From an uncultured bacterium (GTDB lineage Bacteria; Patescibacteriota; Minisyncoccia; Moranbacterales; UBA2206), in assembly GCA_903937035.1 (NCBI GenBank), contig CAIZXS010000020.1:3443-67442 (forward strand): 64,000 bases of DNA, given 5' to 3'. Within the stretch, counting starts at the first letter, position 1. Every line of letters starts with the position of its first letter. The notes beneath the pieces are model-generated. The model saw nothing but the letters and a program-made list of their open reading frames with translations, was not told where the DNA came from and did no database searches. This document shows positions 57,105 through 64,000 of this stretch, in pieces. Position numbers and translations under genes: made by a program.

Positions 57105-59168
57105 TTAAATGATTATTTTAACGTCAACTCCGACCGCCTCATTTCCATTATTATAAACCAGAAGTGGATTTATATCAAACTCGGCAACATCTCCTGCTTC
57201 CTGCGAAAATTCACCCAAAGCCAAAATAATTTGCGCCAACTCCGAAACATTATATGTTTTCTGCCCACGCACGCCCCGGAAAAGAAAACCCAGTTTTCCC
57301 TCTCGCAAAGATTTCTCTATGGCCTCTTTTGAAAAAGGTGGGATAACCATCTCGGCTAATTTGAATACTTCCGTGTAAATTCCTCCTAGGCCGTAGACAA
57401 CAACTGGGCCAAAATTAGCATCTTTTTTGATTCCGAGGATTATTTCCATATCTCTTCCAAGCATTGGCTGGATAATCAATCTCGCCCCAGGAAAATTATT
57501 CCGCATCTTTTGAAATGCCATCTCCAATTCAAGCTGATTTTTTAGATTCAAAATCAATCCCTGCTTATCAGTTTTATGCAAAACCGCGTCACTATCCACT
57601 TTGAGCACTACTGGAAAATTATTATGAACCGGCAAGGCCTCGCCAACACAAACCTCAAAAGCATCAACTGTTTTGATGCCGTACATCTCCATAATTTTTC
57701 GACTTTCTGAAAAATAAAGCGCATGTCTATTTTCCGCTCTGGCAAAGTTGATAAATGCCGCCACGTGATCCTTTCGCCCTTGGTTCATATTGTCAGAAAA
57801 ATTTTCATCATGGCTATCTTCCTTCAAATTCCAACGATAATACGCATCCAAAACAGAAACAGCACCCTCGGGAAAAGCAAAATTAAAAATATTATCCATT
57901 CGCAATTTTTTTATTCCCTTTTCTACTTTCTTACCACCCACAAATGATGCCACGATTGTTTTTTCACTCTTTGCATTAAATCTCGTAATCACGCGAGCAA
58001 TTTTTTCCACGGGTGTTTGATCTTGAGGAGTCAAAAGACAAATAATCGCGCTAATCTCCGAGTCTTTTTCAATGACTTGTAACACTTTCTTGTAGCGGTC
58101 TTCCTTCGCATCACCCAGCAGATCAATTGGGTTTTCCACAGAGGCTTCTTCTGGCAAAATTCTCCTGAGAGCTTGCTTTGTTTTTTCACTAAGCTCCGCC
58201 AAAACAATCTCTTTTTGAAAAAACGCATCTGTCGTAAGGACGCCAAGCCCTCCTGCATTAGTAATGACCGCAATTTTATTTTTCTCCATTTTCTTGTTAT
58301 GTGAAATAAATCCGATCAGATTGAAAAACTCTTCCAAATCCTTGGCACGCAAAATTCCTGCCTTTCTAAATGCCACGTTCATTATTTCATCACTACCGGC
58401 TAAAGCTCCCGTGTGCGAAGCAATCGCCTTTTGAGAACGCTCCGTTTTCCCCGCTTTCAGAATTACTATTGGCTTGCTCTTCGAAACGCGACTCGCGATT
58501 TTCATGAATTCAACACCATCTTCGATTCCTTCAAGATACATTCCGATCACTGCTGTATCTTCGTCTTTTTCCAAATAGTCCAGCATTTCGGTCTCAGTTA
58601 TATTCATCTTGTTGCCAATCGAAACAATTTTGGAAAAATAGATTTTTTCCGCCTTGGCCAGATCCGTAAGCGCCACCGCGAGTGCCCCTGATTGAGTCAC
58701 GAAAGCGATATTCCCTGCTTCAGGCAGACCACTTGCAAACGAAGCATTAAGATTCAATTTGGGAATAATGAAGCCCAAACAATTCGGGCCTAAAATATTC
58801 AAATCATGCTCTTTTGCAAGCTGCAAAAGCTCTGCTTCACGCGCCTTACCCTCTTCGCCATTTTCCGAAAAACCAGCAGAAATAATCACAAAATTTTTTG
58901 CTTTACCCATATTTTCACGAATCTCACTAGCCACAAATTTGGCCGGAATTGCCATAATCACCAAATCAACCTCGCCTTCCACATCAGTTAGTTTGTGGTA
59001 ACATCTAGCATCAGAGATTTGATCATATTTTGGATTGACCAAGAAGACTTTTCCCACATAACCAAGTTCCAAAATATTTTTCGCGATAACCGTTCCCACT
59101 TTTCCCGCTTCCTGCGAAGCACCGACAATAGCAATGGACTTCGGGTTAAATAGTTTTTCTAGATTCAT
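57105..59168 (-). CDS. Acetate--CoA ligase (ADP-forming), fused alpha/beta
   Basis: FNPKSIAIVGAS, LGPNCLG, QSGA, SHTGALAG, NPIDLLGDA, HKTD, DINPL. Confidence 0.92.
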   Translation of the reverse strand: MNLEKLFNPKSIAIVGASQEAGKVGTVIAKNILELGYVGKVFLVNPKYDQISDARCYHKLTDVEGEVDLVIMAIPAKFVASEIRENMGKAKNFVIISAGFSENGEEGKAREAELLQLAKEHDLNILGPNCLGFIIPKLNLNASFASGLPEAGNIAFVTQSGALAVALTDLAKAEKIYFSKIVSIGNKMNITETEMLDYLEKDEDTAVIGMYLEGIEDGVEFMKIASRVSKSKPIVILKAGKTERSQKAIASHTGALAGSDEIMNVAFRKAGILRAKDLEEFFNLIGFISHNKKMEKNKIAVITNAGGLGVLTTDAFFQKEIVLAELSEKTKQALRRILPEEASVENPIDLLGDAKEDRYKKVLQVIEKDSEISAIICLLTPQDQTPVEKIARVITRFNAKSEKTIVASFVGGKKVEKGIKKLRMDNIFNFAFPEGAVSVLDAYYRWNLKEDSHDENFSDNMNQGRKDHVAAFINFARAENRHALYFSESRKIMEMYGIKTVDAFEVCVGEALPVHNNFPVVLKVDSDAVLHKTDKQGLILNLKNQLELEMAFQKMRNNFPGARLIIQPMLGRDMEIILGIKKDANFGPVVVYGLGGIYTEVFKLAEMVIPPFSKEAIEKSLREGKLGFLFRGVRGQKTYNVSELAQIILALGEFSQEAGDVAEFDINPLLVYNNGNEAVGVDVKIII

Positions 59169-59183
59169 AATTTTTAATTTAGA

Positions 59184-60161
59184 TTATTTTATTTTCAAAA
59201 TCCCCTCCTCATCCAACAGTCCATCAATCGAGCCATAAAATTGCACTTCATTAGAGCTATTAGCAATGCCCCAATCCAGACACTCTTTTAAGGTTTTTTC
59301 CTTAAGATAGCTCCCCAGAAAACCGCTAGCAAAAGCATCGCCCGCGCCAGTAGAATCAAGCGCTTTAACTTTCCGACCAGGCACAAAAAAAGTCTCCGTG
59401 CCATCACTCGCCCAAGCGCCACGCACACCGTCCGTCATCACAACAATTTCCGCTCCGATTTTTTTCAACCCTGCTAGAAGAAAATCTTCATTTTCTAATT
59501 CTTCAGTGGAAAAATCATTTGTCTGAGAAAGAATTTCTAATGCCTCATCTTTGTTAAGAAATAATATCTTTGTTCCCGCTATTATTTCTACTATTTTTTT
59601 TACGTCATCATGAATATTGATTTGCTTTGGATTATAGGCAAGCTTAACCTTATTTTCTCGCGCCACATTGAAAATCAAATCCAAATGCCCCTGCCAATTT
59701 CCATGTAAATCACCAATAAAAATCCACTCCGCGGAACTGATTTTTCCCGGAATTATTTCTAAATTAGCATTAGCTTTTTGATTGGAAAAAATCACCCGCT
59801 CAGCCGAGGCCCTGTCCACAATAATGGCTGACATATCGCTGGATAATTTTTCATCTTTAGTTATAAATTCCGTTCCAACATTGTTCTTTTTTAACTCCAC
59901 AAGAATCCAATCGGCGATGTGATCGTTGCCAATATGCGAATAGCACGAAACTTGAGTCCCTAAGCGCGCGAGTCCTACTGCCACATTAACAGCGCAACCA
60001 CCAAGTGCCTCATAACGATCCTCAATTTTATATTTAGCGCCCAGCTCAAACTCAATTTTCTTTTGACTCAGAATTTCGTCTGGCGTTTCCACGATCCTTC
60101 CTTCGGAAGTTGGAAAAAAAACATCCTTGCAAGCTGAACCGATACAAATTATTTTATTCAT
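59184..60161 (-). CDS. PfkB-family carbohydrate kinase
   Basis: GG.A.N.A.GLARLG, N..EA, DSTGAGDAF. Confidence 0.9.
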   Translation of the reverse strand: MNKIICIGSACKDVFFPTSEGRIVETPDEILSQKKIEFELGAKYKIEDRYEALGGCAVNVAVGLARLGTQVSCYSHIGNDHIADWILVELKKNNVGTEFITKDEKLSSDMSAIIVDRASAERVIFSNQKANANLEIIPGKISSAEWIFIGDLHGNWQGHLDLIFNVARENKVKLAYNPKQINIHDDVKKIVEIIAGTKILFLNKDEALEILSQTNDFSTEELENEDFLLAGLKKIGAEIVVMTDGVRGAWASDGTETFFVPGRKVKALDSTGAGDAFASGFLGSYLKEKTLKECLDWGIANSSNEVQFYGSIDGLLDEEGILKIK

Positions 60162-60182
60162 ATTTTTTTTACCTAGTTAAAT

Positions 60183-61736
60183 TTATTTTAGCAACGAATT
60201 CTTAGACATTAGTTTTGGCTTATCGATTCCCAGTATATCCAAGATAGTTGGCGCAATATTCCCCAGCGTTCCTCCATCACGCAATTTTTTGTCTTTAAAC
60301 TTTTCTGAAACGATGAGAAAAGGCACTGGGTTTTTGGTGTGATAGGTATTAGGCTGATCACTATCAAAGTCAATCATATCATCAGCGTTACCATGATCTG
60401 CGGTAATAACCAAATTACCGCCTAATTTCAAAACCTCGCGCTCTAAACTCTCTACTTGTTCATCCAAAAACTCAACTGCTTTTATCGTCGCGGCCAAATC
60501 GCCCGTATGGCCCACCATATCAGCATTGGCATAATTTATCACGATAAAATCGTATTCTTTCTTTTCCAAAGCCGCTAATGCTACATCAGTCACAAGCTTA
60601 GCTGACATTTCCGGCACATTTGCGTAGGAATCGACAACGGGAGACTTAATCATAACCCGCACTTCCCCATCAACTGGATCAGCATAGCCACCATTGAGAA
60701 AATATGTCACATGGGCAAATTTTTCAGACTCAGCGATATAGAGTTGGCGAAGTTGTCCAAGCGCCATCGGCAATGTTGCCAGAATCGTATGTTCAGGAAA
60801 AGCCGTGTGCTCATCCAACCCAGGACCAAAATCAGTGAGGGCTACGAAGTATAGATTTTTAATCTTATCGATAATCGGCATGTCATCATTTAAAATACTT
60901 TTTTCATCAACTGCAACAAATAGTTTGCTAAATTGCCTCGCTCTATCTGAACGAAAATTATAGAAAATAACCGAATCATCTCTTTTAATTTGAACGACGG
61001 GCGCACCATTTTCTAGGATTACCGTCGGCAAAAGATATTCATCCGTGAGACCAGCTGCATAGGCTTTTTCGATTGCCTCCTCGGCTGAAGCTGCCTTTTC
61101 GCCACGAGCAAACACTGCGGCGTCATAAGCCAGAGTTAGTCGTTTCCAATTTTTTGCTCGATCCATCGCATAAAACCGACCAGAAAGCGTGGCAATTATT
61201 CCAATGCCTTCTTCTGCAATAATGCGCCTAAAATATTTCAAATGCTCCAGTGCACTTTTGGGATAAGAATCTCGGCCATCGGAAAATAAATGACAATAGA
61301 CTTCTTTGATATTATTTTTCTTTGCTAATCTGAGAATTGCACGGAAATGCTCCGGATCACTGTGTGGACTATCCCCATTGCCCATTAGCCCCATTACATG
61401 AAGATTGCTTCCAGACTCTTTTACGTGTCTTATCGCGCCAGTCATAGCTGGATTCATGAAAAAGCTACCATCCTTGATGCTATCAGAAATATATTTTGAA
61501 TCTTGCGGCACGATCCTCCCAGCTCCAATATTCATATGCCCCGCTTCCGAGCCACTCATCTTATGATCAGGAAGTCCCACGCAAGTACCTGTCGCACAAA
61601 GCGTTGTTGATGGATACATCTCAAATAACCGATCAATCGTCGGTTTTTTCGCCAAAGTGATCGCATTGCCTTTCCCAGGCGGAGCAATGCCATAGCCATC
61701 AAGAATTACCAGAAGTGTCGGAGATCCATTATTCAT
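60183..61736 (-). CDS. gpmI: 2,3-BPG-independent phosphoglycerate mutase
   Basis: LVILDGYG, SEAGH, GRFYAMDR, NFRSDR, DMVGHTG, TADHGNA. Confidence 0.96.
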   Translation of the reverse strand: MNNGSPTLLVILDGYGIAPPGKGNAITLAKKPTIDRLFEMYPSTTLCATGTCVGLPDHKMSGSEAGHMNIGAGRIVPQDSKYISDSIKDGSFFMNPAMTGAIRHVKESGSNLHVMGLMGNGDSPHSDPEHFRAILRLAKKNNIKEVYCHLFSDGRDSYPKSALEHLKYFRRIIAEEGIGIIATLSGRFYAMDRAKNWKRLTLAYDAAVFARGEKAASAEEAIEKAYAAGLTDEYLLPTVILENGAPVVQIKRDDSVIFYNFRSDRARQFSKLFVAVDEKSILNDDMPIIDKIKNLYFVALTDFGPGLDEHTAFPEHTILATLPMALGQLRQLYIAESEKFAHVTYFLNGGYADPVDGEVRVMIKSPVVDSYANVPEMSAKLVTDVALAALEKKEYDFIVINYANADMVGHTGDLAATIKAVEFLDEQVESLEREVLKLGGNLVITADHGNADDMIDFDSDQPNTYHTKNPVPFLIVSEKFKDKKLRDGGTLGNIAPTILDILGIDKPKLMSKNSLLK

Positions 61737-61770
61737 AGCGATTATTCTTTAAAAATCTTTTAATAAAATA

Positions 61771-62700
61771 TTAGGAAGCTTTGCAATAACCCCTGAGCCA
61801 ATCCTTATCAGAAACCCAAGAGCATTGCATCTCCAAATTACAAGAAGCCGCATCACTAGAGCTGAAACATTTCACATCCGCCCCACTAGCATCAATACAG
61901 GCGCCATTTCGACAACCGTTAGTACATTTAAAGGTATCGCCACCGTAAGCGTAACCATTGTTATCACACATTGCCTCCATTAAAAGATCAGAATCAGGCA
62001 AGCAAAGATCATTGGTTTTATTTTTCTTCCCGTCTCTACTATACCATTCCACATATCCAAATTTATCTGGCCGGTATCCACCATCAGAATCAACACACTC
62101 CTTACCCGCCTTGGCCAATTCACCATTTTCAGCTTTGGAGATACTCGTTCTAATTCGCAATTCTCTCACAAATGACTCTCCTGGCTGAAGATCATTCACC
62201 TCAACTGTTTCATGAAACATTCGATCACTCTCATTAAAAAATTCTACCCAATAATTTTGAAATGGCTGCATATCGAAAAAATAGCATTCCCCATTGGCAT
62301 CCGTTTTTTTGCTATAGAGTCCAGTGGTTGTTAGATTTGGATTTTTCTGCACAACCGAAAGCTGGCACAATAGTCCGGGAACAACAGCTCCATCTAACTT
62401 CTTAACTGTTACCAAAATAGTTCCGTACTTTGAGTTATTATTTCCAGAAATCGACTCTTCTGATTGATGCGCAGGCTCAGCTTTTGGCACTTCAATTGAC
62501 CTTTGATCATTTCCATTATCCACAAGAGAATCGGCACCATTCATTGCCTCCCTGGAAAACAATGATTCACCATCTCTCAGCTCATCCGTTATGTTTCTTT
62601 TTGGCGGGTCATAAACAGACAAGAAATAAGCAAAAACAGCAACGACAAAAAACAGCATCATCCCTATTCCTGTAGCAATTATTTTTTTTCGGTGATCCAT
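61771..62700 (-). CDS. Membrane-anchored protein with a C-terminal CxDSDGG Cys-rich module
   Basis: N-terminal TM; Ig/carboxypeptidase-regulatory-like middle; CVDSDGG...G.V...D.C...L.E..C...C.NGC.NGAC. Confidence 0.78.
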   Translation of the reverse strand: MDHRKKIIATGIGMMLFFVVAVFAYFLSVYDPPKRNITDELRDGESLFSREAMNGADSLVDNGNDQRSIEVPKAEPAHQSEESISGNNNSKYGTILVTVKKLDGAVVPGLLCQLSVVQKNPNLTTTGLYSKKTDANGECYFFDMQPFQNYWVEFFNESDRMFHETVEVNDLQPGESFVRELRIRTSISKAENGELAKAGKECVDSDGGYRPDKFGYVEWYSRDGKKNKTNDLCLPDSDLLMEAMCDNNGYAYGGDTFKCTNGCRNGACIDASGADVKCFSSSDAASCNLEMQCSWVSDKDWLRGYCKAS

Positions 62701-62712
62701 CGGTGTTATAGA

Positions 62713-63966
62713 CTATATTTCTTCTTCAATTCGGAGAAGCCGATTATATTTGCAAATCCTCTCTCCGCGTGAAAGTGAGCCAGATTTAATATACTCCGCG
62801 GAAGTTCCAACCGCCAAATCAGCAATAAAATCATCTGTTGTTTCACCAGAGCGGTGCGAAACAACGATTTTCATCTTATTTTTCTTGGCCAATTTTATAC
62901 AATCAATTGTTTCGCTAAGCGTTCCGATCTGGTTAACTTTGATAAGCACGGCGTTACAAGCTTTCTTGGCAATTGCCATCTTGAGCCTTTTGACATTTGT
63001 CACCAGCAGATCATCTCCGATTGTCATCACCTTCCCTCCAATCTTATCATTCATCTTGGCCCAACCATCAAAATCATCTTCAGAAAGACCATCTTCCACG
63101 GAAATAACATTATATTTTCTGATCCATTCAGCATAGATATTAACCAAAGCCTCTCGACTCAAAACAGCATTTTCCGGCTTGAAGAGATATTGTTTTTCCG
63201 CTTCATTGAAAAACGAACTCGCTGCCGCGTCAATTCCCAAATTAACTTCTTGCCCTTTTTTATAACCAGCCTTTTCAATTGCCAGATTAATTAGTTCCAG
63301 TGCTTGAGCATTACTCTCAAGTTTTGGAGCAAACCCTCCCTCATCACCCACGCCAATGCTAAAACCCTCGGCAGACAGCAACTTTTGAAGGGCATGAAAA
63401 ACCTCACTACCCGCGCGAAGCTGCTCCTTGAACTTCTTAACTCCATTGGGAACTAGCTTATATTCTTGGATGGAAAGTCCTGAGTCACTATGTTGACCAC
63501 CATTGATAATATTGAACATTGGGATTGGCAATTTGAACTTTTTTGGTAGCTTATACGTCTGCGCGATATATTTATATAGCGGCAAATTAAGTTCATGAGC
63601 CATTGCGCGACAAACCGCCACGGAAACGCCCAAAATAGCATTTGCCCCCAAGTTAGTCTTATTTTCCGTTCCATCTAACACCAGCATTGCTTTGTCAATT
63701 TCCTTCTGATTTCCTGCCTCCATGCCAATGAGCGCTTTTTGAATTTTTTCATTGACATTAGCCACCGCATTTTGAACACCCAGTCCGTTATAGCGAGAAC
63801 TGTCACCATCTCGCATTTCTAGCGCCTCATGCACTCCTGTTGATGCGCCAGATGGAACCATAAAATTCCCCACCGCGCCAGACGCAAGTCTCACTTCCAC
63901 CTCCACAGTGGGATTACCACGAGAATCTAAAATTTCTCGCGCGTAAATTTTTTTGATTTTTGACAT
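62713..63966 (-). CDS. eno: Enolase
   Basis: DSRGNPTVE, PSGASTG, GDEGG, GDDL, KVNQIG, SHRSGET. Confidence 0.98.
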   Translation of the reverse strand: MSKIKKIYAREILDSRGNPTVEVEVRLASGAVGNFMVPSGASTGVHEALEMRDGDSSRYNGLGVQNAVANVNEKIQKALIGMEAGNQKEIDKAMLVLDGTENKTNLGANAILGVSVAVCRAMAHELNLPLYKYIAQTYKLPKKFKLPIPMFNIINGGQHSDSGLSIQEYKLVPNGVKKFKEQLRAGSEVFHALQKLLSAEGFSIGVGDEGGFAPKLESNAQALELINLAIEKAGYKKGQEVNLGIDAAASSFFNEAEKQYLFKPENAVLSREALVNIYAEWIRKYNVISVEDGLSEDDFDGWAKMNDKIGGKVMTIGDDLLVTNVKRLKMAIAKKACNAVLIKVNQIGTLSETIDCIKLAKKNKMKIVVSHRSGETTDDFIADLAVGTSAEYIKSGSLSRGERICKYNRLLRIEEEI

Positions 63967-64000
63967 AGTTATTATAATAAATAAATTATTAAATTTTTAT

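Noticed and set aside
422-63674. Numerous 60-180 aa antisense or overlapping ORFs in the track
   Set aside because: They are shadows of well-supported genes with no independent motifs
1-64000. Alternative genetic code (TGA recoding as in Gracilibacteria/SR1)
   Set aside because: Conserved genes are full length in code 11 and some end in TGA (for example uppS and cysS)

Overview
AT-rich, gene-dense bacterial chromosome segment read in genetic code 11, with most genes on the minus strand. Gene content and style (fermentative core, secreted Cys-rich proteins, few Shine-Dalgarno motifs, many small palindromic repeats) suggest a Patescibacteria/CPR (Parcubacteria-type) genome; this is inference. 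It carries housekeeping genes (mltG, trxAB, uppS, smc, cysS, dus, dnaB, recR, rplU, ftsAZ, ybeY, rlmN, rnhA, recJ), a fermentative set (eno, gpmI, malic enzyme, four-subunit pyruvate:ferredoxin oxidoreductase, ADP-forming acetate-CoA ligase), a MacAB-like exporter, tRNA-Glu(CTC) and tRNA-Gln(CTG). No CRISPR array, rRNA, integrase or transposase was seen. The top candidate system is an Elp3 radical-SAM/KAT gene head-to-head with a Trm9/ALKBH8-like methyltransferase, a possible eukaryote/archaea-type mcm5U34 wobble pathway in a bacterium. Other leads: paralogous giant surface proteins with an internal signal peptide ahead of a Cys-rich passenger; palindromic repeats inserted in frame in four tRNA/rRNA-acting enzymes; a hinge-less SMC; a signal-less iGluR-like K+ channel inside the por operon; a putative lipid-remodelling operon; and partial duplications next to both tRNAs. 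All family calls rest on motif recognition by eye, not database searches.
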